Shown here: one piece after another, positions 40,101 to 50,851 of the stretch
How the letters are laid out: the number at the start of each line of letters is the position of its first letter
Numbering within the stretch: position 1 is the stretch's first letter
Assembly (NCBI GenBank): GCA_016712675.1
Contig: JADJQR010000001.1
Coordinates: 2,063,737 to 2,127,736 of the forward strand
Reading direction: 5' to 3'
Length of the DNA stretch: 64,000 nucleotides
DNA from: a bacterium
Lineage (GTDB): Bacteria; Krumholzibacteriota; Krumholzibacteriia; LZORAL124-64-63
Program-made: the position numbers and the translations under genes
Notes under the pieces: generated by a model
What the model was told of the DNA's origin: nothing
Databases searched by the model: none
What the model saw: only the letters and a program-made list of their open reading frames with translations

Positions 40101-41966
40101 CGCAGCCAGTCGGTCGATGGACCTTGGACGCGGGCCAATCAGGACCTCGTGCTGGGGTCCTCGTACTTCGCCGACACGGGTCTGGCGCAGTTGACGACGT
40201 ACTACTACAAGGTCGGCGGCGTGGACCAGTCGGGAGTGCCGAGCAACCTGTCGGCCGCGGTCAGCCGCAGCACGGCGCCGGCCGAGGCGCCGAACTTCCC
40301 GGCGGCGTTCGGCGGCGAGACCAGCAGTCCCCTGGCTGTGGGGGACGTCGACGGGGACGGGGACCTCGAGATCGTCGTGGCAAGCAACCAGGTCTACGTT
40401 TGGCACCATAGCGGCCTGGAGCTGCTCGACGGTGACAACGACTCGCAGACGCTCGGCAATTTCACCGATTTCGCGCCGGGCGCGGTCCTGCAGCCGGCGG
40501 CGGTCGCCCTGGCCGATCTCGATGGCGAGCCGGGCCTGGAGATGATCATCAGCGAACGGGCCCCAAATTACAGTATCCATGTCTACACGAAGACGGGCGA
40601 GGAGCTGGCCGGCTGGCCGCGCTCGCTCGAACTCCCGGTGGCCCGTGCCTGGAACTGGGCCGCGCCGGCCGTGGGAGACATTGACGGCGATGGCGAGCCC
40701 GAGATCGTGGTCAACACGCTCAATGGCACAGTCTGGGCCTGGAACGCGGACGGCAGCGAGGTGCGCGACGGGGATGCCAATCCGGCGACCTCGGGTGTCT
40801 TCTACAAGCGTGCCGGAGCCGAATACGAGTGGTCCCGCAGCGGCCCGACCCTGGTCGACCTCGACGCGGACGGTGCGCTGGATATCGTCTTCGGCACGAA
40901 GAACGACAGCTCGGGGCTGAAGCGTGTCATGGCGCTGAAGTACGATGGGTCGTTCGTGCCCGGCTTCCCGCAGGTCGTGGACGGCGGGGTGAATACCGAC
41001 GTCGTCTGCGGCGATCTGGACGGCGACGGGCAGCTCGAACTGGTTCTGTACACGACTGCGGGCACGGTGTACGCGCTGCACGCGAACGGGACCAACTATC
41101 CGGGGTATCCGAAGTCGACGGGCCTGGCCTCGATTCCCGACTGGGTCACGGTGCCGGCATTGGGCGATATCAACGGTGACGGCTTCCTGGAGATCGTCTA
41201 CGCGCCCAACCAGTCCGGCCTGATCGGCAGACTGGTGGCCCTGTCGACCAACCATGTCGCCGGTACCAGTGGCCTGTTCGTGCCGGGTTGGCCGGCGACG
41301 TTGCCGGGCAGTTCGGAGGGCAGCCCGGTGATCGGGGACATCGACGGCAACGGCTCGCCGGAGATCCTGCACGGGATCGGGGGCGGCGACGCGGCGGCGC
41401 CGTACAACCTGTACGCGTTCCATGCGGACGGCACGTCGGTGCCCGGCTTCCCGATCACGCTCAGTGGCCCGTTGATGAACGGCGTGACGATCACCGACCT
41501 GGATGCCGACGGCGACGTGGACATCGCCTACGCGGGTTGGGACTTCCTCTGCCACGTGTGGGACATGCCGTTCGCCTACGACCGTCACGCCGTGCCCTGG
41601 CCGACGTTCAAGGGCAACGTGCGCCGGACCGGGGTCTACTTCCCGGTCCAGCTGGTGGGGGTGGACGACGGACCGGCCGTGCCCGCGGCGGCCCTGCAAC
41701 TGGACCGTCCGTATCCGAACCCCTTCAACCCGACCACGAGGTTCAGCCTCTACGTCGCTGCGCGCGGCGACCTGCAGGTGGACATCTACGATGTGCAGGG
41801 ACGGCGCGTGAGGGAACTCCACACCGGACCGATCGAGGCGGGCTGGCACACGCTGGTGTGGGACGGTCGCGACGACGAGGGACGCGGGCAGGCCAGCGGC
41901 GTCTATCTGGTGCGGGCCCGCGCGGCGGGCGAGGCGAGCCTCCAGAAGATGACCCTCGTGAAATAG
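37131..41966 (+). CDS. gingipain-family (C25) cysteine peptidase with FG-GAP/VCBS repeats and a T9SS C-terminal sorting domain
   Basis: Signal peptide; C25 His/Cys dyad context (NQIGHGYYFN ... YALNCASAAFDN); at least 7 FG-GAP-like repeats (GDVDGDGDLEIVVAS, GDIDGDGEPEIVVNT, VDLDADGALDIVFGT, GDLDGDGQLELVLYT, GDINGDGFLEIVYAP, GDIDGNGSPEILHG, TDLDADGDVDIAYAG); C-terminal PYPNPFNPTTRFSLYV...VDIYDVQGRRVREL...GWHTLVWDGRDDEGRGQASGVYLVRA matches Por_Secre_tail. Confidence 0.85.
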   Translation: MNASVIRVLSRFALAGTLAILAPLSALGAGAGVVVHEGSFAARDLAWERDRDGAAYPALPGLRGIDDPGSPRLPLQTLLLLVPADANVVDAWIEPLQTHAEKVPGPLARGEALFTDTGGKVLTKRLPDDGATYPAAWGRFAGTHTWRGYRLLAVEVYPLRQAGEGDEITLEFLDRYAVRVAYGATPPSDDMAIRGRLSAAEVKANNDMLARLVANPGELAGYRREHGVAVATPAGGFSPDKTPSLSGSAVEYLIITNEAMKPAFEVLAAHKTAQGLPTVVATHEFIEANYRQGADLQESVRMFIRDAYEKWGLEYVLLGGDSDVLPPRYVINSFYPISGSTAIPCDLYFACLDGSWNADGDHLYGEPVTATTTGDLADFAEEVYIGRAAVSTPEAATVFVNKVIGYEGVPAGAAWTNRALFAAEVLFPEDFQHEGYIILDGAKFAHEQIVNHIQPCTDMEYTRMYETDLQYPRDAGLTRAALVDTLDTGHYGIVNQIGHGYYFNMSVGDANFMTTDADNLTNAGRPFMIYALNCASAAFDNSCLLERFVQNPGGGAVCSIGSVRAAFPNNSNAYQQEFFSELYCTAENRVGRLLALSRLPFIGLTANNYVDRWTFENYTLLGDPTLPIWTGVPQAASVAAPASLAVGAQVLPVTVTVAGMPVAGARVCLQKAGEELAWGLTDGAGQVSLSVLPTSPGSATLTVTGRNLARYAATLPVVAGGAYLKVESAFIADNGVGGSDGNGDGFADAGETIAIWMVLRETGGVPATGLVGTVSCAQPGVTILVPTASFGSVLAGGTAPALTPLVVAIDPAVVDAATLVFTMDVAHGGGSSLSEWPLTVRAPELEVALLDWEDATWGDGDGMLEIGERLGVTVAVKNYGTGASGPVTGVLRTDSAFVTRYDSLATWATLGLLEEGTGGPAFSMAIDPSRNSAARIVLTDAHGRTLRHDFTLPRPDTPTGINTDTSLGADVIAISWAPSVATDIRGYHVYRSQSVDGPWTRANQDLVLGSSYFADTGLAQLTTYYYKVGGVDQSGVPSNLSAAVSRSTAPAEAPNFPAAFGGETSSPLAVGDVDGDGDLEIVVASNQVYVWHHSGLELLDGDNDSQTLGNFTDFAPGAVLQPAAVALADLDGEPGLEMIISERAPNYSIHVYTKTGEELAGWPRSLELPVARAWNWAAPAVGDIDGDGEPEIVVNTLNGTVWAWNADGSEVRDGDANPATSGVFYKRAGAEYEWSRSGPTLVDLDADGALDIVFGTKNDSSGLKRVMALKYDGSFVPGFPQVVDGGVNTDVVCGDLDGDGQLELVLYTTAGTVYALHANGTNYPGYPKSTGLASIPDWVTVPALGDINGDGFLEIVYAPNQSGLIGRLVALSTNHVAGTSGLFVPGWPATLPGSSEGSPVIGDIDGNGSPEILHGIGGGDAAAPYNLYAFHADGTSVPGFPITLSGPLMNGVTITDLDADGDVDIAYAGWDFLCHVWDMPFAYDRHAVPWPTFKGNVRRTGVYFPVQLVGVDDGPAVPAAALQLDRPYPNPFNPTTRFSLYVAARGDLQVDIYDVQGRRVRELHTGPIEAGWHTLVWDGRDDEGRGQASGVYLVRARAAGEASLQKMTLVK

Positions 41967-41990
41967 GGGATCCAGCGAGGCGCTCATGCG

Positions 41991-42017
41991 GCCGCCGGGC
42001 GAAACCAGCCCGGCGGC
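41991..42017 (+). terminator. hairpin after the C25 protease gene
   Basis: GCCGCCGGGC-gaaacca-GCCCGGCGGC, a 10-bp stem. Confidence 0.5.
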
Positions 42018-42102
42018 TGCTGCGTCCTTGTGGGCGTAGATTGACGGGAGGGACGGGACCCCGGTAAGCTCAGCGTGCGCCAGATGGCGCCGGAGGACGA
42101 GC

Positions 42103-43749
42103 ATGGACGTGCGGCACGGGACGCGGGCGACGACGGCCGGGCGGGCGGCCTTGGGCTGGGCGCTGGCCTTGGCGCTCCTGGCCGGCTGCAGCCGGCGCGA
42201 GGGAGCGCCTCCGGCCGCGCGGGATCCGGTTCCGGTGTCGGGAGGCACGGCCCTGGTGGCGTTGGCCTCCGAACCGGACGTCCTGAACCCGCTGCTTCAT
42301 GCCTCGGCCACGGCGGGGCAGGTCATTGCGGAACTGCACGACGGACTGACCGACATGGATGAGTCGCTCGAGTACGTGCCGCGCATCGCGCGCAGCTGGG
42401 ACCTGGCTCCGGACAGCCTGTCGATCACCTACCACCTGAAGCCATGGCGCTGGTCGGACGGGCAACCGCTGACCGCGCGGGATGTCGTGGAATCGCTCGG
42501 TCTGTTCAAGGACGAGCGTGTCGCGAGCCGCCGCCGCAGCCTGTACGACGCGGTGACCGGCGCTGTCGCGCTCGATGACAGCACCGTGCGCTACGACCTG
42601 GCACGGCCGCTGCCGGATCCCGTTCAGGCGACCTGGCACCATGTCCTGCCCTGGCACGTTGTCGGCGGGCTGGATCCGGCGACCGTGGCCTCCTGGTCGA
42701 TCAATCGCCAGCCGCTGGCCTCGGGCGAGTTCCAACTCGAGTCCTGGGCCCCCGGGCGGGAGCTGGTGCTGACCCGCAACCCGTACTATCCGGGCAGGGC
42801 AGCGCGGTTGGAACGCGTGGTCTTCCGTATCGTGCCGGAAGAGGCGACGCGCCTGCTCATGCTCGAGACCGGGGAAGTCGACGTCGCGGACGGCGTCTCG
42901 CCCGCGGCGGCCGGCAGGCTGGAGGCGCGCGGTGACCTGCGCCTGGTGGCAACCGGGGGGCGGCGCATCTATTACCTGCAATGGAACTGCCGCAACCCCG
43001 CCCTGGCCGACGCGGGGACGCGGCGGGCGCTGTCCTTGGCGTTGGACCGCGACCGCATGGTGGCCACCCTGCTCGCCGGCTACGGGCGCACGGCCGTGGG
43101 GCCGATTCCACCCGTGATGTGGAATCATCACCGGGACCTGGCGCCGCCAGCATGCGATCCGCCGGCCGCACGGCGCGAACTGGCGGCGGCCGGTTGGACC
43201 GACAGCGACGGCGACGGCGTCCTGGAGCGGGGCGGTCGTCCGTTGAAGTTGGAGATGCTGACGCGCAGCGGCGATCCGGTGCGTGAACAGGGCGCGGTGA
43301 TCATCCGGGAGAACCTGCGCGCGGTGGGTGCCGACGTCCAGGTGCGCACGATGGAACAGGTGGCCGGCCTCGAACGCGTGCGTGAAGGGCTGTTCGACGC
43401 CTATTTCGGGTTGCTGGTCGCGAACCTGCACGGGAACCCGTCGCCGTACGTGCGATCGACTGCGGTCGGCGAGTACAACCAGGGTCACTACGCCAACGCG
43501 ACCGTTGATTCCCTGCTGGACACGGCACTTTCGGAACCCGATCGGCAGCGCGCGCTGCCCGCCTGGTTGCGCCTGCAGGAGGTCCTCGCCGCGGATCCTC
43601 CCTCGGCGTACCTGTTCTATCCCGATATCCTGGTGGCGGTGAACCGTCGCCTGCGTGACGTGCGCCCCCACCTGCTGTCGCCGGTCAACAACCTGGCCGA
43701 ATGGTGGATCGCGCCGGCCTCAATGCGCAGAGGGAAGGTCTCCGAATGA
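42103..43749 (+). CDS. ABC transporter substrate-binding lipoprotein, family 5 (peptide/nickel type)
   Basis: Lipobox LLAGCS; SBP_bac_5 features (NPLL...DGLT, RNPYYPG). Confidence 0.8.
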   Translation: MDVRHGTRATTAGRAALGWALALALLAGCSRREGAPPAARDPVPVSGGTALVALASEPDVLNPLLHASATAGQVIAELHDGLTDMDESLEYVPRIARSWDLAPDSLSITYHLKPWRWSDGQPLTARDVVESLGLFKDERVASRRRSLYDAVTGAVALDDSTVRYDLARPLPDPVQATWHHVLPWHVVGGLDPATVASWSINRQPLASGEFQLESWAPGRELVLTRNPYYPGRAARLERVVFRIVPEEATRLLMLETGEVDVADGVSPAAAGRLEARGDLRLVATGGRRIYYLQWNCRNPALADAGTRRALSLALDRDRMVATLLAGYGRTAVGPIPPVMWNHHRDLAPPACDPPAARRELAAAGWTDSDGDGVLERGGRPLKLEMLTRSGDPVREQGAVIIRENLRAVGADVQVRTMEQVAGLERVREGLFDAYFGLLVANLHGNPSPYVRSTAVGEYNQGHYANATVDSLLDTALSEPDRQRALPAWLRLQEVLAADPPSAYLFYPDILVAVNRRLRDVRPHLLSPVNNLAEWWIAPASMRRGKVSE

Positions 43750-43784
43750 TGGTCATCCGCGGGCTGATCCCGTATATTCAGGTC

Positions 43785-45353
43785 ATGAAGTCCCACGTAC
43801 AAGCAGGCGGAAGGGTCCTGGTCCTGGCTGCGGCGGTGCTGCTGGCGCCCGGCTGCGGGGGCGATGACGACACGACCGGTCCTGGCCCGGATCCGGTGAT
43901 CGGCTTCGCGCCCCTGGTCCAGGGACAGACGCTGGTCATCGGCGACAGCCGGCAGTTCAGCACCACGGTCCAACCGGAAGGCGCGCTGGCCGTGGTTTGG
44001 CGTCGCGGCGGTACGGTTGTCGGCGACCAGCGCGAGTATCTCTATGCCGCGCAGCACGTGGGTCGTGACACGCTGCGGGTGCGTGCCGAAGCGGGGACCG
44101 TCAACCGCGAGTTCTACTGGGTGGTGGACGTGGAGGCGGCACCGTCGACCGTGCCTCCGCTGGTGCCGGGCGTCGGGGTGGCTCCGGGACCGGAACCGAC
44201 CGAAGTCGTGGTGACGTGGACGCGGGTGGCGGGCGCGACCTACCCGATCGTCGCCTACGAAATCGTGATGAGCTACGCCGGAATCGTCACGACGGAGAAC
44301 TGGTCACAGGCGATCCACCTCGGCGAGACCGCACATGTGTCGGGGCAGTCCGGATACAGCGCGACGTTCAGCCGCGCGAACGGGAACCTGACGCCCGGGG
44401 CGGAGGCCTGGTTTGCGGTCCGGGCGCGCGATGACCGCGGCCAGCTCTCCGGGACGCTGGTCAGCCGCGAGACGCGTATCACTACGGAGTGGTGGATCGA
44501 CGGGCGGGTGCTCGACGACCTGGGACAGCCCATTCTCGGCGTGATCACCGCGACGACGGCGCCCATCCACAACGACAACAGCGACGGGGAGGGGCTGTTC
44601 AGGCTCGGGCCCTATCGAAGTGTCGATACGGTGACCGTGGCGACGATCCCGCCGACAGGTTACTACGCGTTCCGCACCGGCAAGATCACCAGCACCGGAG
44701 ACATCTCGCTCGACATCGTGCTGCCGCAGCGCTACGAGCTGGCCCCCGAATGCACATTCGCTTCGTACGGCGGCAACTACCTGAACTGGTTCCGTCAGAT
44801 GACCCGCACGGCCACCGTGGCCGGCGATAGCGCCGCTTCCAGACTCTGGAAGTGGGAGCACTGGCCGGTGACCGTGTTCCTGCCCGACTCCACGCTGGCC
44901 ACAGGACGCGACATGGATCAGGCAGCAAGGGAGATGATGGAGCTTTGGAACCAGTCGCTCGGGCGGGAATTCCTGGTCGAAACCACATCGTGGGCGACGG
45001 CCAACATCTACTTCGCCTGGGTGGACGACGCCTCGGGCGGCTATGGGCAGGCCTCGCTCGAACTGCCGGCAGGCGGCGTGCTGGGCGACGTGCGGCCCGT
45101 GCGTGTGCGCGTCGAGCTGGAGACCGGAATTCAGGCCGACCAGTTCTTCCGGGAGGTCTGCCTGCACGAGTTGGGCCACGCGCTCGGTCTTGCCGCCCAC
45201 TCGCTGGAGTGCGACGGTGCCGGACACCTCATGGTCCTCGGAGCGGCGGGGAACCTGTCCCTGGAGCATCCGATCCACCCCGACGAGGTCCGTGCCGTGC
45301 GGTTGCTGCGCGTGCTGCCGCAGGGTGTCGACATGCGGTCCTTCACGCCCTGA
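43785..45353 (+). CDS. lipoprotein with Ig-like repeats and a C-terminal HExxH (near-metzincin) zinc-protease-like motif
   Basis: Lipobox LLAPGCGG; C-terminal VCLHELGHALGLAAHSLECDG. Confidence 0.5.
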   Translation: MKSHVQAGGRVLVLAAAVLLAPGCGGDDDTTGPGPDPVIGFAPLVQGQTLVIGDSRQFSTTVQPEGALAVVWRRGGTVVGDQREYLYAAQHVGRDTLRVRAEAGTVNREFYWVVDVEAAPSTVPPLVPGVGVAPGPEPTEVVVTWTRVAGATYPIVAYEIVMSYAGIVTTENWSQAIHLGETAHVSGQSGYSATFSRANGNLTPGAEAWFAVRARDDRGQLSGTLVSRETRITTEWWIDGRVLDDLGQPILGVITATTAPIHNDNSDGEGLFRLGPYRSVDTVTVATIPPTGYYAFRTGKITSTGDISLDIVLPQRYELAPECTFASYGGNYLNWFRQMTRTATVAGDSAASRLWKWEHWPVTVFLPDSTLATGRDMDQAAREMMELWNQSLGREFLVETTSWATANIYFAWVDDASGGYGQASLELPAGGVLGDVRPVRVRVELETGIQADQFFREVCLHELGHALGLAAHSLECDGAGHLMVLGAAGNLSLEHPIHPDEVRAVRLLRVLPQGVDMRSFTP

Positions 45354-45394
45354 CCCGGGTGGCTACCGGGCAGCCCCGGCGTGCGTCCGGGCGC

Positions 45395-45736
45395 TCAACC
45401 AGGCGGCCAGGCAAGGGGCCGGCCGCCGAGCACGTGCAGATGCAGGTGCCCCACGGCCTGGCCGCCGTCCTGCCCGCAATTGATGACGAAACGGTAACCG
45501 CCCGGGGCCAGCCCTTCAGCGTGGGCAGCGACGACGCCAGCTCCGAGGAGCCCGTCAGCGGCGCCGCGGTCAGGACCGACCAATTCGTTCAAGCCGCCGA
45601 TATGCCGACGCGGCACCACCAGCACATGGCTGGGGGCTTTGGGACTGATGTCGCGGAAGGCCACGAAATCCGCGTCCTGATGGATGATGTCGGCCGTGAT
45701 GCGACCGGCGGCGATCTCGCAGAAAAGGCACGTGCT
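45395..45736 (-). CDS. hinT: HIT-family protein (Hint-like)
   Basis: CLFCEIAAGR...HLHLHVLGG. The track ORF extends to 45826; I place the start at the internal Val/GTG. Confidence 0.7.
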   Translation of the reverse strand, partial: STCLFCEIAAGRITADIIHQDADFVAFRDISPKAPSHVLVVPRRHIGGLNELVGPDRGAADGLLGAGVVAAHAEGLAPGGYRFVINCGQDGGQAVGHLHLHVLGGRPLAWPPG

Positions 45737-45960
45737 CACGGCGTCGGCTCCCGCGCTGGAGTGGAAGGATGGCGACCGGAGGTTAGCATGTACCGCCTCC
45801 TGCCGACAACGGCGTCGATGATCCATTTTCTCTCTTTCTTCGCTGGACTTTCACCAAGATTTCGTCTACTGTGGCCGGGCCGGTCGGGGACCGGTGGGAG
45901 GGGTGCGGCCACCGGCGGCCCCGTGCCCGAGCGTGCCGACCAAGCCCGAGGAGGGAACCG

Positions 45961-46566
45961 ATGGGACTGACGCCACGCCAGGCCGAGATCCTGGCCTTCG
46001 TGACCGCATACACCGAGGAGCGCGGATTTGCGCCCACGTTGCAGGAGATTGGCGATCGTTTCGGCCTGTCATCGGTCGCCACGGTGCACAAGCACGTGCG
46101 CCACCTCGTCGATAAAGGTTACCTGCGGCGCGAGCGGCCCAATGCCAGCCGCGACATCGAGGTCGTCGCCGACGGCGATGGGGGGCTCGCCACCATCCCC
46201 CTGCTGGGGACCGTGGCGGCCGGACGGCCCATCGAGGCCCTGGCCGAGCACGAGCAGTTGCGGGTGCCGGAAGAATGGCTGGGCAAGGGGCGAACCTACG
46301 CCCTGAGGGTGCGTGGCGATTCGATGATCGACGAACAGATCCGCAACGGTGATACGGTAGTGGTCGAAGCCCGCGAAACCGCGCGTAACGGGGAGACCGT
46401 GATCGCCCTGCTGGACGGTGAATCGGTCACCGTCAAGCAGTACTTCCGCGAGGGCGCCCTGATCCGACTCCAGCCGGCCAATCCCGCCGTCCCGGTCATG
46501 CGCTTCCCGGAGGAACGCGTGACCGTGCAGGGCGTGGTCATCGGCGTGCTGCGACGCTACAGCTGA
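45961..46566 (+). CDS. lexA: LexA repressor
   Basis: MGLTPRQAEILAFV... wHTH, AG cleavage site (GTVAAGRPIEA), and the S24 peptidase Ser/Lys (VRGDSM...VKQY). GAGGAGG upstream. Confidence 0.9.
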   Translation: MGLTPRQAEILAFVTAYTEERGFAPTLQEIGDRFGLSSVATVHKHVRHLVDKGYLRRERPNASRDIEVVADGDGGLATIPLLGTVAAGRPIEALAEHEQLRVPEEWLGKGRTYALRVRGDSMIDEQIRNGDTVVVEARETARNGETVIALLDGESVTVKQYFREGALIRLQPANPAVPVMRFPEERVTVQGVVIGVLRRYS

Positions 46567-46724
46567 ACGGCTCGCGGGTCCGGGCGCGGTGGGCGCCGGG
46601 CCTGGTTAACGGGGCCGGCCGCCCCCGGCGGCTCCCCCTAGGTTGACGCCCCCGCCTTCGGCAGGTAGCATACCCGGAAGTCACGCATGCACTTTCGGGC
46701 TTCCTGGCGCGGAGCGGGGCGAGC

Positions 46725-47159
46725 ATGGGCAGCAAGGACAGGCCTGGCGACCTGGAAGAGATCTTCGAGATCCTCGTGACCGCCTACGCCCAGAAGGGCG
46801 GGACGGTGCCCGGGGAGAGCGATCTCTGCTGGCGCCCGGCGACCGATGCCTACGAGACCGACGACGCCTTCATCGTGCAGATGGACCTCGCCGGCCTGGA
46901 CCCGACCCGGATCGAGGTGTTGGCCGACGAGAAGAGCCTGCTCGTGCGCGGCATCCGGCCCGACGCCTCGGGTCCCGGCAAGAAGCACTTCCACAAGATG
47001 GAGATCAGCGTGGGGCCGTTCGCCCGGCGCGTGCCGATCTCCGTGGCGGTCGACCCCGCCTCGGCCACGGCGCGGTACCGGGGCGGCTTCCTCTACGTCA
47101 CCTTCCGCAAGGGCGGCGGGGGCCGGGGCGACCGGCGGCAGATCACGATCGAGCGCTGA
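46725..47159 (+). CDS. Hsp20/alpha-crystallin small heat-shock protein
   Basis: ACD domain (AFIVQMDLAGLDPTRIEV...GFLYVTF). Confidence 0.85.
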   Translation: MGSKDRPGDLEEIFEILVTAYAQKGGTVPGESDLCWRPATDAYETDDAFIVQMDLAGLDPTRIEVLADEKSLLVRGIRPDASGPGKKHFHKMEISVGPFARRVPISVAVDPASATARYRGGFLYVTFRKGGGGRGDRRQITIER

Positions 47160-47237
47160 GGCGCCCGGACCGGGCGGGGTGTACAGGGATCGCCGGGCGG
47201 GCTCGCGCCGCGCGGACACGGGAAGGAGCTCCACGTC

Positions 47238-49622
<2,385 letters not shown>

Positions 49623-49648
49623 CGCCGGCCGGGCCGGGAAGGGACACG

Positions 49649-50851
49649 GTGTCCGAACACAAGCTGATCAGCGCCGTGCTGCGGCCGTTCTTCCGGAAGG
49701 GGACCGGCGCGCGCTTCAGTCTGCCTGACTGCGTCAGGGACGATTCGCGGGTGCTCTGCATCGACGCCGGCTGCCTCAGCGACGTTCTGTTCCACATGCC
49801 GCTGCTGACGGCGATCCGGCGCCGCTGTCCCGGTGCCGTGATGGACTTCCTGATGCCGGAGAAGCATGCGGCGCTGGTGGTGCCAAGCGGACTGGCGCGG
49901 CAGTGCCTGGTCTACAAGGCGGCGCAGCTGAATCCCTGGCGGCCGGCTTTCGCTTCGCTCCTGCGGCAGGTGCAGTCCGGTGGCTACGACCTGGCCGTCG
50001 TGATGTCGCATTCGCCGCAGCCGGCGCTGGAGATGGCAGCGCTGGCCAGTGGGGCTGCATTGAGATTCGGACCCTCGCACGAGCAGGCGTGGCCCGCGCT
50101 CAATTTCGAATTGCGCTCGTCGCCGGATCGCTACCTCGGTGATCGGCTGCGGCACGCCGCGCCGCTGTTCGGCTTCTGTCCGGCGGACCTCGTGCCGCGC
50201 TGGCCGTTGCCGATGGACAAGGTGCGCCAGATGGCGCAGCAGGTGCACTTCCACAAGCCGAACCCGCGCCAACTCCTGGTCGGGGTCGATTCCGGCCTGC
50301 CCTTGACGGGAGCCGCCTGGCCCCTCGAGACGTTCCAGGCTGTCGCGCGCACGCTCTCCTCGAACCTCGAGTGCCGCGTCCTGCCACTCGGGCATCCGCA
50401 GGAACAGGAGCGCCACGCCCGGCTGGAAGTCCTGCTCAGCAGCGTACCGGCCGGGCTCAACCGCGACACGCTCCTGGAGGTCGTGTTGCTGTTGTCGCAA
50501 TGCGACCTGTTCGTGGCCGGGAACACGGACTGTTTCCACTTCGCGGTGGCGATGGGGGTCCCGGCGGTCGGGTTGTTCCGCCCGGACGATCCCGCCCGTT
50601 GGCGCCCAGTGCCGAGCCCGCGCGTTCGGTTGCTGGCCCCGGATGACACCGGGCAGGTGGACCCGGACGACCTGGTCGCTGCCGTCGACGCGGTCGCGGG
50701 TGATCGCCGGCGGGCGGCCGGTGCGACCGTAGTCCCAGCCGCCATTGCGACGGAGGTCGATGCTTCCGCCGCGATACCCGACACCCCGGACGCCGCCGGT
50801 GCAGCGGACCCGGCGCCGACGCCCGGCGCGCGCGATGAAGCCCTTCCGTAG
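49649..50851 (+). CDS. glycosyltransferase family 9 (LPS heptosyltransferase-like)
   Basis: GT9 fold signatures (VLCIDAGCLSDVLFHMPLL...) and a C-terminal Ala/Pro/Asp-rich tail. Confidence 0.7.
   Translation: MSEHKLISAVLRPFFRKGTGARFSLPDCVRDDSRVLCIDAGCLSDVLFHMPLLTAIRRRCPGAVMDFLMPEKHAALVVPSGLARQCLVYKAAQLNPWRPAFASLLRQVQSGGYDLAVVMSHSPQPALEMAALASGAALRFGPSHEQAWPALNFELRSSPDRYLGDRLRHAAPLFGFCPADLVPRWPLPMDKVRQMAQQVHFHKPNPRQLLVGVDSGLPLTGAAWPLETFQAVARTLSSNLECRVLPLGHPQEQERHARLEVLLSSVPAGLNRDTLLEVVLLLSQCDLFVAGNTDCFHFAVAMGVPAVGLFRPDDPARWRPVPSPRVRLLAPDDTGQVDPDDLVAAVDAVAGDRRRAAGATVVPAAIATEVDASAAIPDTPDAAGAADPAPTPGARDEALP

Noticed and set aside
36876-42248. 1790-aa ORF on the - strand
   Set aside because: It is exactly antisense to the well-supported C25 protease gene. 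Its translation is low complexity (R/A/G/P-rich), typical of spurious frames in 70 % GC DNA.
45827-45960. Candidate LexA box upstream of lexA
   Set aside because: No match to the gamma, alpha, Gram-positive or delta/Myxococcus-type consensus. Only a weak CTTTC-N9-CTTTC repeat is present, so I left it unannotated.
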